This document shows, piece after piece, positions 51,871-63,734 of a stretch of DNA of 64,000 bases. Made by a program: the position numbers and the translations under genes. Location: contig JAFLDD010000001.1 of the NCBI GenBank assembly GCA_017302575.1, positions 1,365,409 to 1,429,408 of the forward strand, written 5' to 3'. The notes below the pieces were generated by a model that saw only the letters and a list, made by a program, of their open reading frames with translations, was not told the origin of the DNA and made no database searches. Origin of the DNA: Alphaproteobacteria bacterium (GTDB lineage: Bacteria > Pseudomonadota > Alphaproteobacteria > Rickettsiales > UBA3002). How positions within the stretch are numbered: the first letter of the stretch is position 1; each line of letters opens with the position of its first letter.

Positions 51871-51904
51871 AAAAGAAAACCTTCGCATGGTAACCATGCG
51901 AAGG
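51871..51904 (-). terminator. Rho-independent terminator (minus strand)
   Basis: 11-bp stem CCTTCGCATGG-TAA-CCATGCGAAGG with an A-rich run on the left (U-tract on minus strand), downstream of the 65-aa gene. Confidence 0.7.
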
Positions 51905-51970
51905 TGTGAAGAAGTCAATTCACGCGAATTCCCGTAAATTCGGGGAAAACGCTTCTATCGATTAGCGTAA

Positions 51971-52168
51971 CTAGTGACTAGCGAGATGCGATTTAAGCAT
52001 CGGCAGTACATAGTATACTGTACCCAAGCCGATCACGAAATGTATGATCGTCATATGGATGCCGCTGCCAAGCAACGTACCCAACATATCGATACCCAGC
52101 GTACTGAAAATGGTGTGAACACCACCTAAAACTACGAGGAACAACGTGATGAGATGAATAATCTTCAT
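51971..52168 (-). CDS. Small two-TM membrane protein, DUF378-like
   Basis: MKIIHLITLFLVVLGG...DMLGTLLG...HFVIGLG resembles DUF378; GGAG RBS. Confidence 0.6.
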   Translation of the reverse strand: MKIIHLITLFLVVLGGVHTIFSTLGIDMLGTLLGSGIHMTIIHFVIGLGTVYYVLPMLKSHLASH

Positions 52169-52199
52169 AAACTTACTTCACTCCTTTATGTGGACGTCA

Positions 52200-52345
52200 T
52201 TATCCACAGTTTCTTTATACCACATCTGCACAAAAAAACTTAGGAAATCCCTAGCTGCGCCGCATCATAGCAGTGCGCCGCAACAATTCTATCCACAGTT
52301 TTGTTGCATCGCAGCAAAGAAAATGCTGCACGGTTTTGCTGCAGT
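52200..52345. promoter_or_regulatory. Divergent promoter region with DnaA boxes and clustered PhaR-type boxes
   Basis: TTATCCACA (52200-52208), CTATCCACA (52289-52297); TGCGCCGCATCA (52256), TGCGCCGCAACA (52274), TGCATCGCAGCA (52305). Confidence 0.6.
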
Positions 52346-52361
52346 TGTTAGAGTAATGTTT

Positions 52362-52628
52362 ATGAGCAGCATGAACAAGTTACGCAGCAAAATTGCGAGC
52401 GCTATCCAAGCGGCGGATAGCAGTTACTTCAATGAAAACTACACCAAGCAAGCAGATGCGGTGCTTAAGGCAATAGCGAATGAGGGATTTGTATTGTTGC
52501 CAAAAGAGCTTGCGCCAGAGTTATGGAAGCAGGTTTCTGACAACATGCGCACGGGGCGTCTTAAGCCAGAAGAGCACGTGAAAGATGTGTTTGAAACGGT
52601 GATTCGTACTGCAGCGACGCTCAAATAA
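52362..52628 (+). CDS. Small conserved-looking hypothetical protein (88 aa)
   Basis: KIASAIQAADSSYFNENYTKQADAVL; looks like an alphaproteobacterial conserved hypothetical; stop abuts the xerC stop. Confidence 0.7.
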   Translation: MSSMNKLRSKIASAIQAADSSYFNENYTKQADAVLKAIANEGFVLLPKELAPELWKQVSDNMRTGRLKPEEHVKDVFETVIRTAATLK

Positions 52629-53579
52629 TTATTCTGCCAATGGGTGCGCGTCTTGATAGGCGCTTAGTAGTCGTGCAGCATCGACATGCGTGTAGCGCTG
52701 CGTCGTGCTAAGCGATGCGTGGCCGAGTAGTTCTTGGATATCGCGCAGCTCTGCGCCACGACTCAGCAGGTGCGTTGCAAAAGCATGGCGTAGTGCGTGT
52801 GGTGTGAGTGATTCGGGTAATCCGAGCTGGCGGCGTATGTCACGCACGAGGCGTTGAAAGATCGCAGGCTGCATGGCCTTGCCGCGTGCGCCATAAAATA
52901 GCGGTACGCTGTCGTCATTGTCTTGATGGAAGGGCGAGCATTTCAAATACGCCTCTACGGCGTCACGAATAATGGGCAGCACAGGAACTTGTCTGTATTT
53001 TGCACCCTTGCCGCGTACGCGCAGCGAATCTTTGTGACGAATATCGTTCACGGTAAGTGAGAGCGCCTCGCTGATACGTAGGCCCGCACCATAAAGCAGT
53101 ATAGCGAGCGCATGATTGCGTGCGTTGATCCATGTCTTGCGATCAAAGTCGAGCAGGCCATCCAGCGCCGCGTTGGCTTGTGACTCATTGGGCGCTTTGG
53201 GAAGCGGCTTATCGAGTTTGGGTGCCGAGATATTCATAACGGCAGTATTCTCAAGCCCCGTATGTTTATGCAGGAAGCGGAAGAAGGTGCGTAGTGCGGA
53301 AATGGCACGTGCGTTTGAACTTTTCGCGTAACCGCGCTTAAGGCGGAAGGCAAGCCACGCGCGCACATCTCGCTCTTCTAGGGTGGTGAGTGTTGCGTTG
53401 GTTACGGTTTCGCCCGTGTGCTGGTGTAAGAATGCCAGAAAGGCGCTAACATCATGCGTATAGGCAGTGACGCTGTGCGTGCTTGCACGCTTGACGCCTG
53501 AAAGTTCTTTCAGCCAGTCACGGATGTGAAGTGCGATTTCGGGTGCTAGGGGGCCTTTGCTCATGCTGTTTTTATACAC
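52629..53579 (-). CDS. xerC: Tyrosine recombinase XerC
   Basis: LYGAGLRISE, VRGKG, TPHALRHAFATHLL, LLGHASLSTTQRYTH; next to DUF484. True start may be 53564. Confidence 0.92.
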   Translation of the reverse strand: MYKNSMSKGPLAPEIALHIRDWLKELSGVKRASTHSVTAYTHDVSAFLAFLHQHTGETVTNATLTTLEERDVRAWLAFRLKRGYAKSSNARAISALRTFFRFLHKHTGLENTAVMNISAPKLDKPLPKAPNESQANAALDGLLDFDRKTWINARNHALAILLYGAGLRISEALSLTVNDIRHKDSLRVRGKGAKYRQVPVLPIIRDAVEAYLKCSPFHQDNDDSVPLFYGARGKAMQPAIFQRLVRDIRRQLGLPESLTPHALRHAFATHLLSRGAELRDIQELLGHASLSTTQRYTHVDAARLLSAYQDAHPLAE

Positions 53580-53656
53580 AGCTTTTCATACTGAACAATA
53601 AGAACTTTTAATACACTCAAGCAGCGCATGACCTTGCGCCAACAAGAAGGGTTTTA

Positions 53657-54406
53657 CTACACAGGTAATTCCGCGTCGTTCAGGCAACGATCTAGCGACA
53701 CAGCCATGACTGCGGCGAGGAAGCCGAGTAGCTCACTGCCCTGGCTTGGATTGAAGTGGCCTGAATCGCGAACCCCGAAGGAAAGAATGGCGGGCTTGCC
53801 CACGCGTTCGAGGTCGAGTCGCAGTAGGGCGCATGAGCGTACCAGATTCGAGCAATCGGCGAAAATCATCTCGAAGCCAATCGGGGGCTCGTTATGTGTG
53901 TCGGCAATCAGCCGAACCTTCTCGTTCATCAATGCGGCTTGTGCAGTATTGATGGGCACGAAGCAAATGCCAGAGTAGTTATGCTCTGAATAATAGGTGT
54001 CATACAAGCCAGCCGCGTTCGATTCGATGGCGAGACGCACGACATCTACATCAAAGAGCGTCAGCAAATCGGTGGTGAGCACTTCGAGTAGTTGCTCAAG
54101 ATTCTTGGCGCGGATTATGGATAATACCGCGCGCTGTACCTGCTGCTGCGTTGACATATTGTCGCGCGCGCTAGTGACGAGGTGATTGAATTTGTCTTTC
54201 ATTTTCCCCATGCCACGACGCAGATTATCGATGGCGAAGAATTGGAAGTCGACCACGCCACGCCCGTGGTTCTGGGCGGGGGGTAATAACACCTCCAGCA
54301 TTTCGGGGTTGTCCATCAAGAAGGTGGGGTGAGAACGCAGATAGTCCTCAACCAGCTTTTTGGTGTCTTCTGCGGGAATGTCGTTGCTTTTTGTCATAGT
54401 TTCCAT
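53657..54406 (-). CDS. DUF484 family protein
   Basis: V.DYLRSHP.FL..PE.L, GVVDFQ, F.PSQGSELL.FLA; conserved xerC neighbour. Confidence 0.88.
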   Translation of the reverse strand: METMTKSNDIPAEDTKKLVEDYLRSHPTFLMDNPEMLEVLLPPAQNHGRGVVDFQFFAIDNLRRGMGKMKDKFNHLVTSARDNMSTQQQVQRAVLSIIRAKNLEQLLEVLTTDLLTLFDVDVVRLAIESNAAGLYDTYYSEHNYSGICFVPINTAQAALMNEKVRLIADTHNEPPIGFEMIFADCSNLVRSCALLRLDLERVGKPAILSFGVRDSGHFNPSQGSELLGFLAAVMAVSLDRCLNDAELPV

Positions 54407-54495
54407 GTGCTCAATCTAGCAAGGAAACGTGCAACATTCACTGCCAAACGGCGGTTTTTGTGCTTTTGCGAAGGATTTTAGAACGGTGTGGCTTT

Positions 54496-54891
54496 TTAGA
54501 GAAAGCCAAACCAATTAAGATGCGGAAAGACACGCCAAGCACAATAAAGTGCCAAAGGCATTGCGATGATGCCTGCAAGAACTTCCCAGCGCCTTACGCC
54601 GATAATCATTGCAATCAGATTTCCAATGATTGGCAGAACCAAGCATAGGATGAGTAGCTTCACCATTTCCATCCATCCGAAGCTATAGCCGAAAGCAATG
54701 ACGGTAAGAATGCTGATGAAGTGCACCAGATTGTCGAATGCTTCGCAGAAGGAAATGTACCACTCCAGCAAGCCCTTCTCTTTTTTCGGGCGCAACCTTG
54801 CTTTGAAGAAATGAAAACTCGCAGTCACCATGAGCGCAATAAGCAATACTAATGTTGCATCCGCACTAAAGAATGGTTGCAGAAATCTCAT
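54496..54891 (-). CDS. Hypothetical multi-pass membrane protein (131 aa)
   Basis: About four hydrophobic segments; ATGA overlap with the transaldolase stop. Confidence 0.6.
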   Translation of the reverse strand: MRFLQPFFSADATLVLLIALMVTASFHFFKARLRPKKEKGLLEWYISFCEAFDNLVHFISILTVIAFGYSFGWMEMVKLLILCLVLPIIGNLIAMIIGVRRWEVLAGIIAMPLALYCAWRVFPHLNWFGFL

Positions 54892-55541
54892 AGTTTTTGG
54901 CCTGTTGCTGCCCAGTCTTTCATGAACTGGTCGAGACCTTTATCGGTCAATGGGTGGTTAGCAAGTGCCTTAAGTACGCCCGCAGGTGCGGTTGCCACAT
55001 GCGCACCCAGTTTGGCGGCTTCCACGATATGCATGGGGTGGCGCACGGAAGCGACCAATACTTCAGTTTTGAAATGTGGGTAGGCTTTGTAGATGGTCAT
55101 GATGTCGGCAATCAGATCCATGCCGTTCATGCTGATATCGTCGAGGCGACCAACGAATGGTGAGATGAATGTCGCGCCCGCTTTCGCAGCAAGCAGCGCC
55201 TGTGATGCCGAGAAGCACAAGGTGACATTCACCATGGTGCCTTTGGACGTGAAATACTTGCACGCTTTCAGACCATCAATGGTGAGTGGTACTTTAATCG
55301 TGACGTTCTTGGCGATTTTGGCGAGGTCTTCGCCTTGCTTCACCATGCCTTCATAATCAAGCGCGACGACCTCAGCGCTTACGGGGCCGCTGGTGATGGC
55401 GCAGATTTCTTTGATGACTTCCTTGAAGTCGCGCCCCGATTTTTTGATGAGGCTGGGGTTAGTGGTAACGCCATCGAGCAAACCTGTTGCAGCGAGGTCT
55501 TTAATTTCGGCAACATCTGCGGTATCAACAAAGAACTTCAT
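54888..55541 (-). CDS. fsa: Transaldolase / fructose-6-phosphate aldolase
   Basis: [46 protein letters not shown]. Start refined to 55541. Confidence 0.95.
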   Translation of the reverse strand: MKFFVDTADVAEIKDLAATGLLDGVTTNPSLIKKSGRDFKEVIKEICAITSGPVSAEVVALDYEGMVKQGEDLAKIAKNVTIKVPLTIDGLKACKYFTSKGTMVNVTLCFSASQALLAAKAGATFISPFVGRLDDISMNGMDLIADIMTIYKAYPHFKTEVLVASVRHPMHIVEAAKLGAHVATAPAGVLKALANHPLTDKGLDQFMKDWAATGQKL

Positions 55542-55583
55542 GGCAATTCCCCCGTGAATAATGAAACTTCGGTAGCCCACACC

Positions 55584-57512
55584 ATGCCACGCGTCAATGT
55601 CTTACTCGCAACTTCGCTCGATAAATCGCTCGACTATCGTGCCGATAGCGGCATTCATTTGGGCAGTATTGTGGAAGTGCCGCTTGCGGGGCGTAAGGTC
55701 ATGGGCGTGGTTTTGGGTGCTGGAAGCGACGATGTACCCGAAGCTAAAATGAAATCGGTGCTACAATCGCCGGATGTGCCAGCGCTGGGTGCGGCGTTTT
55801 TGAAATTCATTGACTGGGTGGCTGAATATACTTTAGCGCCGCGCGGGGCGGTGTTGGCATTAAGTGGCCTTGCGCACGCCACTAAATTGCCGCGTAAGAC
55901 TTATGTGCCGCCCACGTATCATTCTAACTTACCGACATTATCGATTGAGCAACAAAACGCCTATGAAGCGATTAAAGTAAATGGCAGCATACCCACGGTG
56001 CTGGATGGTGTGACGGGTTCAGGTAAAACGGAAGTCTATTTCCATATTATTGATGATGCCATCAAAGCCGGAAAACAGATTCTGATTTTGGTGCCGGAAA
56101 TCTCCCTCACCCATCAATGGATGCAGCGCTTTGAAAAAACCTTCGGTGCGCCGCCAGTGGTATGGCACTCCAGCCAATCACCTGCCGACCGCAAACGTGC
56201 ATGGCATGCTGTCGCAGCGGGCGAAGCGAAGGTGATTGTCGGGGCGCGCTCGGCGCTCTTTTTACCCTTCAAAGACCTTGCGCATATCATCGTCGATGAA
56301 GAGCATGATCTTTCCTACAAGCAAGAAGACGGCGTGCTGTATCATGCGCGCGATATGGCAGTGGTGCGCGCCAAGTTCGAGGATATTCCCGTTACGCTTG
56401 TCTCGGCCACACCATCACTTGAAACCGTGCAGAATATTAAGGCTGGTCGCTATAAGGCCGTGCAGCTTATCGAGCGGCACGGTGCGGCAGGACTGCCGAG
56501 CATTCATCTATTGGATATGACAAAACATCCCCCCGAGCGCGGGAATTTTTTGTCGCCGGTGTTTATCCAAGAAATGAAGAGCACGTTAGCGCGTGGCGAG
56601 CAAGTGTTGCTGTTTTTGAATCGACGTGGCTATGCGCCGCTCATGCTCTGTCGTGCCTGCGGATATCGTTTTGAGTGTTCGGATTGTTCGTCATGGCTTG
56701 TGCTGCACCAAAGCAAACACCAGCTACATTGCCATCATTGCGGACATAAAGAAAAAGAACCAACCGAGTGCCCAAGTTGCAAGGTGGAAGGCAAACTTGC
56801 TGCCTGCGGCCCTGGTGTTGAGCGTATCGCGCAGGAAGTCGCCGCGCTGTTTCCAGAAATAACACCACTCACCTTGAGTAGTGACGAAGTGGTGGATGCA
56901 GGGGTCATTGATAAAGTGATTTCGGGCGAAGCCAACATCATCATTGGTACGCAAATGGTGGCGAAGGGTCACCACTTCCCTAACCTCACATTGGTGGGTG
57001 TGGTGGATGCGGACTTGGGGCTAAATGGCGGTGATTTGCGCGCCAGCGAACGCACCTATCAATTGCTGCATCAGCTTTCGGGGCGTGCCGGTCGGGGAGA
57101 TACGGCGGGCCATGTCTATTTGCAGACCTATGAATCCAAGCACCCTGTCATGAAGGCGCTGGCGGCGGGGGATAGGGACGGATTCATGCGTGCTGAAATG
57201 GAAATACGTGAGCGCGGCCATTGGCCGCCTTATGGGCAACTCGCTGCCATATTGCTCGATGGTACAGTAGAGGCCGAGGTGCAGCGTGCGGGCATTCAGC
57301 TTGCCCGAACCGCCCCTGCGGATGTACGCATCAAGGTGCTGGGCCCTGCCCCTGCCCCACTCTCGCGACTTAAGGGGCAATATCGTTACCGCTTGTTGGT
57401 CAAGGCTGATAAGCCTGTAAACCTCCAGAAAACCTTGCAATTATGGCTAGATTCGGTCGTATTCAAGCGCGTGCGGCTGAAGGTGGATGTGAACCCGTAT
57501 TATTTCATGTGA
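55584..57512 (+). CDS. priA: Primosomal protein N'
   Basis: [33 protein letters not shown], CxxC repeats, QLSGRAGR. Start refined to 55584. Confidence 0.96.
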   Translation: MPRVNVLLATSLDKSLDYRADSGIHLGSIVEVPLAGRKVMGVVLGAGSDDVPEAKMKSVLQSPDVPALGAAFLKFIDWVAEYTLAPRGAVLALSGLAHATKLPRKTYVPPTYHSNLPTLSIEQQNAYEAIKVNGSIPTVLDGVTGSGKTEVYFHIIDDAIKAGKQILILVPEISLTHQWMQRFEKTFGAPPVVWHSSQSPADRKRAWHAVAAGEAKVIVGARSALFLPFKDLAHIIVDEEHDLSYKQEDGVLYHARDMAVVRAKFEDIPVTLVSATPSLETVQNIKAGRYKAVQLIERHGAAGLPSIHLLDMTKHPPERGNFLSPVFIQEMKSTLARGEQVLLFLNRRGYAPLMLCRACGYRFECSDCSSWLVLHQSKHQLHCHHCGHKEKEPTECPSCKVEGKLAACGPGVERIAQEVAALFPEITPLTLSSDEVVDAGVIDKVISGEANIIIGTQMVAKGHHFPNLTLVGVVDADLGLNGGDLRASERTYQLLHQLSGRAGRGDTAGHVYLQTYESKHPVMKALAAGDRDGFMRAEMEIRERGHWPPYGQLAAILLDGTVEAEVQRAGIQLARTAPADVRIKVLGPAPAPLSRLKGQYRYRLLVKADKPVNLQKTLQLWLDSVVFKRVRLKVDVNPYYFM

Positions 57513-57560
57513 AAAAACACTTGTCTTTGTGACTTTCCTTGCTAGGTTGCGCGCGCATTT

Positions 57561-58112
57561 ATGAGTACATCACACACTGAACGTCTGACTATCGCCTCGC
57601 GTTACGCCGAAGCCATCTTCGCGCTGTCGCTTGCTGCGAAAAAAGAACAAGAGGTTGTCGGCGCGATTGTTGCGCTGGCTCAGGCAATTAGTGCGCATGA
57701 TGCGGCAAAAGCCGCCTTGGCTAATCCCCTACTGGGCCGTGCGCTTAAATCAGGTATTTTGGTAGAACTGCTCGCCAAGGCTGACAAAATCGCTGCGGAC
57801 TCGGTTCGCGTGATTGCTGAGCAAGGCCGCGCAGAGCTGCTTCCAGAAATTGCACAGCTTCTCGCGAAGAAACTGACCGCGCACAAAGGTGAGCTCGACG
57901 CACATGTTACCAGCGCCCGCGCATTGTCGGCGATGGAGCAAAAAGAAGTCGCTGCAGCGCTTACAGCAGCTACCGGTAAAAAAGTGAATCTCACCCTCAC
58001 CGAAGACGCAGCCGTGATCGGCGGTCTTAAGGTTCGCGTAGGTTCGCACTTACTAGATGGAACGGTGGAAACCGCGTTAAAACGTATGCGCCAGCAATTG
58101 TTGGCCGCTTAA
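57561..58112 (+). CDS. atpH: ATP synthase F1 delta subunit
   Basis: IASRYAEAIF, VTSARAL, IGGLKVRVG..DGTV; first gene of atpHAGDC. Confidence 0.93.
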   Translation: MSTSHTERLTIASRYAEAIFALSLAAKKEQEVVGAIVALAQAISAHDAAKAALANPLLGRALKSGILVELLAKADKIAADSVRVIAEQGRAELLPEIAQLLAKKLTAHKGELDAHVTSARALSAMEQKEVAAALTAATGKKVNLTLTEDAAVIGGLKVRVGSHLLDGTVETALKRMRQQLLAA

Positions 58113-58130
58113 GAAATAAAGGAGACTGGT

Positions 58131-59657
58131 ATGGATATTCGTGCAGCAGAAATTTCGGACATTTTGAAAAAGCATATCTCGGGCGCATCGACTGCCGCAG
58201 AGCTGGCTGAAGTAGGCCAAGTTGTTTCCGTCGGTGATGGTATTGCCACCGTTTACGGCCTTGAGAACGTTCAGGCTGGTGAGATGGTCGAGTTCGATGG
58301 TGGCCTTAAAGGTATGGCGCTGAACCTTTCAACCGATTCTGTCGGCGTGGTAATTTTCGGTAACGACAAGGCCGTGAAAGAAGGCGACTCTGTAAAACGT
58401 ACGGGCACCATCGTGGACGTGCCAGTGGGCGAAGAGATGCTCGGCCGCGTGGTGGACGCGCTCGGTAACCCTATCGATGGTAAGGGCCCAATCAACGCGA
58501 AAAAGCGTAGCCGCGTAGAACTTAAAGCGCCTGGTATCGTATACCGCAAATCGGTACATGAGCCTGTGCAGACCGGTATTAAATCGATCGATGCGCTGAT
58601 TCCAATTGGTCGTGGCCAGCGCGAGCTTATCATTGGTGACCGCCAAACCGGTAAGACCGCTATCGCTATCGACACCATCTTGAACCAGAAAGCGGCGTTC
58701 GAGTCGGGCGATGATAAGAAAAAACTCTATTGCGTCTATGTTGCGGTTGGTCAGAAGCGTTCGACCGTTGCGCAAGTTGTGAAGAAACTCGAAGAAACCG
58801 GTGCGCTGAAATACACCATCGTGGTTGCTGCGACCGCTTCGGATCCTGCGCCGCTTCAGTATCTCGCTCCTTATGCTGGTTGTGCGATGGGTGAATATTT
58901 CCGCGACAACGCCAAACACGCCGTGATCGTGTATGATGACTTGTCGAAACAAGCGGTTGCATACCGCCAAATGTCGCTCTTGCTGCGCCGTCCACCAGGA
59001 CGTGAGGCGTATCCTGGTGACGTATTCTACGTGCACTCACGCTTGCTTGAGCGCGCGGCAAAAATGTCGGACGATAAAGGCGCAGGTTCATTGACGGCAT
59101 TGCCCGTGATCGAGACCCAAGCGGGTGACGTATCGGCCTATATCCCAACCAACGTGATTTCGATTACCGATGGTCAGATTTTCCTTGAGACCGAATTGTT
59201 CTATAAAGGCGTTCGCCCTGCGGTGAACGTTGGTCTTTCGGTATCACGCGTAGGTTCTGCGGCTCAGGTGAAGGCAATGAAACAAGTTGCTGGTTCGATT
59301 AAGCTGGAGCTTGCACAGTTCCGTGAGATGGAAGCATTCGCGCAATTCGGTTCCGACCTTGATGCGGCAACTCAAAAGCTGCTGGGTCGTGGCCAGCGCC
59401 TCACTGAACTTTTGAAGCAAGCGCAATACGCGCCACTGCAGATGGAAGAGCAAGTATGCGTAATTTACGCAGGCGTGAAAGGTTACCTCGATGATGTGGC
59501 TACCAACAAAGTGGGCGCTTTCGAAGCAGAGTTGCTGCGCACGCTGCGTGGTGAGAAGTCGCTGCTTGAGACTATCCGCAAAGAAGAAAAGCTGTCGGAT
59601 GCATCAGAAGCGAAGTTGAAAGAAGTGATTGGCCAAGTGAAAGGACGCATTGCGTAA
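58131..59657 (+). CDS. atpA: ATP synthase F1 alpha subunit
   Basis: [18 protein letters not shown]. Confidence 0.99.
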   Translation: MDIRAAEISDILKKHISGASTAAELAEVGQVVSVGDGIATVYGLENVQAGEMVEFDGGLKGMALNLSTDSVGVVIFGNDKAVKEGDSVKRTGTIVDVPVGEEMLGRVVDALGNPIDGKGPINAKKRSRVELKAPGIVYRKSVHEPVQTGIKSIDALIPIGRGQRELIIGDRQTGKTAIAIDTILNQKAAFESGDDKKKLYCVYVAVGQKRSTVAQVVKKLEETGALKYTIVVAATASDPAPLQYLAPYAGCAMGEYFRDNAKHAVIVYDDLSKQAVAYRQMSLLLRRPPGREAYPGDVFYVHSRLLERAAKMSDDKGAGSLTALPVIETQAGDVSAYIPTNVISITDGQIFLETELFYKGVRPAVNVGLSVSRVGSAAQVKAMKQVAGSIKLELAQFREMEAFAQFGSDLDAATQKLLGRGQRLTELLKQAQYAPLQMEEQVCVIYAGVKGYLDDVATNKVGAFEAELLRTLRGEKSLLETIRKEEKLSDASEAKLKEVIGQVKGRIA

Positions 59658-59663
59658 TACACT

Positions 59664-60536
59664 ATGCCGTCACTCAAGGACCTTAAAAACCGAATCAAAA
59701 GCGTGAAGTCGACGCAGAAGATCACCAAAGCCATGAAGATGGTGGCGGCGAGCAAGCTGCGCCGTGCGCGTGAAGCGGCTGAAGCAGCGCGTCCTTACGC
59801 GATGGCGATGGATCGCATGGTATCGCGTTTGGCGGCGTCCTATCAGCATCAAAGTAACGGGCCGTTACTGCTTAAGGGTACGGGCAGCGACAAAAATCAC
59901 CTGATCATTGTGGCAACCGCAGACAGAGGTTTGTGTGGTGCGTTCAACAGTTCCATCACCCGCGCGACGCGCAAGCAGGTGAAGGAATTGCAAGCACAAG
60001 GCAAAAACGTGAAGCTTTATTGCGTCGGCAAGAAATCACGCGATTTGCTGCAAAATGATTTTGGTAAATTGATTGTTGGCGTGAAAACCGACATTGCGAA
60101 AAAGACGGTTGCTTACACTGTTGCGGAAGCAATCGCTGAAGATGTGCTTGAGATTTTTGAGCGCGAAAAAATCGATGTGGTGAGCATTTACTATAACCAC
60201 TTCAAATCAGTCATTTCGCAAATCGTAACGCACCAGCAATTGATTCCTCTGGCGATTGAAACGTCCTCACAATCATCGGATGCTTCGTATGATTACGAGC
60301 CAGAAGAAGAAGCGATTCTCGCCGATTTATTGCCGCGTAACTTTGCGATGCAGATTTTCAAAGCGTTGCTTGAGAACGCAGCATCTGAGCAGGGTGCACG
60401 CATGAACGCGATGGAAAACGCCACCAAAAACGCAGGCGAGATGATCAAGAAAATTACCCTGAAGTATAACCGTACACGTCAGGCGAATATCACCAAAGAG
60501 CTCATCGAGATTATCTCGGGTGCGGAGGCCGTGTGA
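59664..60536 (+). CDS. atpG: ATP synthase F1 gamma subunit
   Basis: KITKAMKMVAA, DRGLCG, RTRQANITKELIEII. Confidence 0.98.
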   Translation: MPSLKDLKNRIKSVKSTQKITKAMKMVAASKLRRAREAAEAARPYAMAMDRMVSRLAASYQHQSNGPLLLKGTGSDKNHLIIVATADRGLCGAFNSSITRATRKQVKELQAQGKNVKLYCVGKKSRDLLQNDFGKLIVGVKTDIAKKTVAYTVAEAIAEDVLEIFEREKIDVVSIYYNHFKSVISQIVTHQQLIPLAIETSSQSSDASYDYEPEEEAILADLLPRNFAMQIFKALLENAASEQGARMNAMENATKNAGEMIKKITLKYNRTRQANITKELIEIISGAEAV

Positions 60537-61042
60537 TGAACGAGACATACAAGCCGACTCGCGAGGAATACCGGGCACTTAACAGCGTTTCGTGGCGCGT
60601 TGCTTTGCTGTTTAGCGTATTTAGTATTATTGTCGCTATCGCAGGCGTAACAGCAACGCTCGCTTTTATGAAAACAGGAGAATTGAGGGAAGCGGTAAAT
60701 AATCTACCATTTTTGCTACCCATCGTTATCGAAATTATTTTCCTGAGCATTGCTTCATACTTTTTGTTCATGCGCGTATTCAAGCCACGTAAGAAATTCA
60801 CCATCAGTCCAAATGTATCGCACGAGAAGCTTAACATCTATCGTTGGCGCTGGGTTGGTACGGTGATTGTTCTGGAAATCCTGATCGTAGCTTTGTTCGT
60901 TATATTGGATATGTTTGTATTCAAGAAAGAAGGTGGCAGTTCGCACGGTGCACTAGCTACGTTTCTCGGCATGATGTCGGCAACTCAATTGATGCTGACG
61001 AAGATGATAAAGAAAAACGAAATCACTATTGAGACAAGATAA
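60533..61042 (+). CDS. Orphan four-TM membrane protein inserted in the atp operon (169 aa)
   Basis: Four hydrophobic segments; start overlaps the atpG stop; ends 12 nt before atpD. Confidence 0.7.
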   Translation: MMNETYKPTREEYRALNSVSWRVALLFSVFSIIVAIAGVTATLAFMKTGELREAVNNLPFLLPIVIEIIFLSIASYFLFMRVFKPRKKFTISPNVSHEKLNIYRWRWVGTVIVLEILIVALFVILDMFVFKKEGGSSHGALATFLGMMSATQLMLTKMIKKNEITIETR

Positions 61043-62503
<1,461 letters not shown>

Positions 62504-62511
62504 GGACTATC

Positions 62512-62910
62512 ATGAGCAACGTCTTCCATCTGCATATTGTTTCTCCCGCGCAAAGCGTGCTTGATACGCATGTGGAGATGGTCGATATCCCAGGCCTTGA
62601 AGGGGATTTTGGTGTGTTGCCTAACCATGCGCCGTTCTTCTCGATGCTGCGTCCTGGGGTGATTTCGATCTATCTGCCAGAGAAACGCCAGAAGCGTTTA
62701 TTCGCAACGTCTGGCTATGCAGAGGTATCGCCTGAGGGCTGCACTGTGATTTCGGATGATATTCATGACCTTGAAAGCATTACCCTAGAGGAAGCGAAAG
62801 AGGTTCTGGATCGCGCCGAACGTGACGTGAATAGCGCGAGCACCGACTCCGACAAGGCAAAGGCTGCTAAGCGTATGGAAGCGGCAAAGGCCCTCGTAGC
62901 TGCTTTATAA
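62512..62910 (+). CDS. atpC: ATP synthase F1 epsilon subunit
   Basis: IVSP, PGLEGDFGVLPNHAPF, GYAEV. Confidence 0.95.
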   Translation: MSNVFHLHIVSPAQSVLDTHVEMVDIPGLEGDFGVLPNHAPFFSMLRPGVISIYLPEKRQKRLFATSGYAEVSPEGCTVISDDIHDLESITLEEAKEVLDRAERDVNSASTDSDKAKAAKRMEAAKALVAAL

Positions 62911-62919
62911 GGCAGGCTT

Positions 62920-62935
62920 TGGCACGGGGCTTGCA
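62920..62935 (+). promoter_or_regulatory. Sigma54 (-24/-12) promoter
   Basis: TGGCACG-GGGC-TTGCA, exact consensus match; predicted +1 near 62946, next to ATG 62947. Confidence 0.7.
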
Positions 62936-62946
62936 ACGCAGTGCCC

Positions 62947-63537
62947 ATGGCCATTGAAGAAATCAGACAAATCCCTACCAAGCTGAGCGCAATGGCAGCG
63001 CCAGAGGCTGACTATAAGGCTGCGAGCAAAAGCAAAGATACGGAAGAGACGGAATATGGGTTTTGGGACTTTCTCGACCTGATTAATCCGCTACAGCATA
63101 TCCCTGTTGTTAATACGATTTACCGCGAAGTGACTGGCGATACCATCAAGCCTGAAATGAAACTGGCGGGCGGTGCGGCATTGGGTGGCGTATTTGGTTT
63201 TGTCAGCAGCTTGGCGGATGTGATTTTTGAGCAAGAAACCGGCAAGGATATTGGCAGCACTATGGTCGCCGCCGTATTTGGTGATGACGATAAAGATGTG
63301 CCCGTGCAAGTAGCAAAGGCTGAGCCCATCCAGCATACAGAGCCTAGTATTCACGATGTTAAGCCTCATGCTTTCATGAATGAAATGACGTCAAAAATCA
63401 GTGCGCTTGATACACAGCGTGCACAAGTGCTGGCACTTTATGGAGCTTCAACACCCCCTGAACGGGCTTCGCGCGCCTACCAGCAGGCTGATATGCGGGC
63501 CTATTTACAGCAATCATCCATGAATGCGACTTTCTAG
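62947..63537 (+). CDS. Conserved hypothetical protein (NPLQHIPVV motif)
   Basis: FWDFLDLINPLQHIPVVNTIYREVTGDTI..GGAALGG.FG looks like an uncharacterised proteobacterial family; function unknown. Confidence 0.75.
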   Translation: MAIEEIRQIPTKLSAMAAPEADYKAASKSKDTEETEYGFWDFLDLINPLQHIPVVNTIYREVTGDTIKPEMKLAGGAALGGVFGFVSSLADVIFEQETGKDIGSTMVAAVFGDDDKDVPVQVAKAEPIQHTEPSIHDVKPHAFMNEMTSKISALDTQRAQVLALYGASTPPERASRAYQQADMRAYLQQSSMNATF

Positions 63538-63565
63538 CTGCCCCCGTTTGTGGTATAATTCGCCT

Positions 63566-63718
63566 ATGTTCCAGAACCGCTCAGGCGCAACAGCGATTGA
63601 ATATGCACTTATTGCATCATTGATATCTGTGGCGGCGATTGTTGCCTTCCAACTATTGGGTGATTCACTGGATGGCGTCTGGGTAGCGATTAGCAATGCA
63701 ATGGAAGCAGCGCTTTAG
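63566..63718 (+). CDS. Flp family type IVb pilin
   Basis: SG|ATAIEYALIASLISVAAI Flp motif. Start refined to 63566. Confidence 0.88.
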   Translation: MFQNRSGATAIEYALIASLISVAAIVAFQLLGDSLDGVWVAISNAMEAAL

Positions 63719-63734
63719 TTTGCAGTGTCGGTTC

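Noticed and set aside
52189-52300. Second replication origin at the DnaA boxes
   Set aside because: Only two boxes, no trio array or extended AT-rich tract; the hemE-linked region fits much better.
52629-53579. Tyrosine recombinase as a phage or island integrase
   Set aside because: Sequence and DUF484 neighbour indicate housekeeping XerC; no att sites or cargo.
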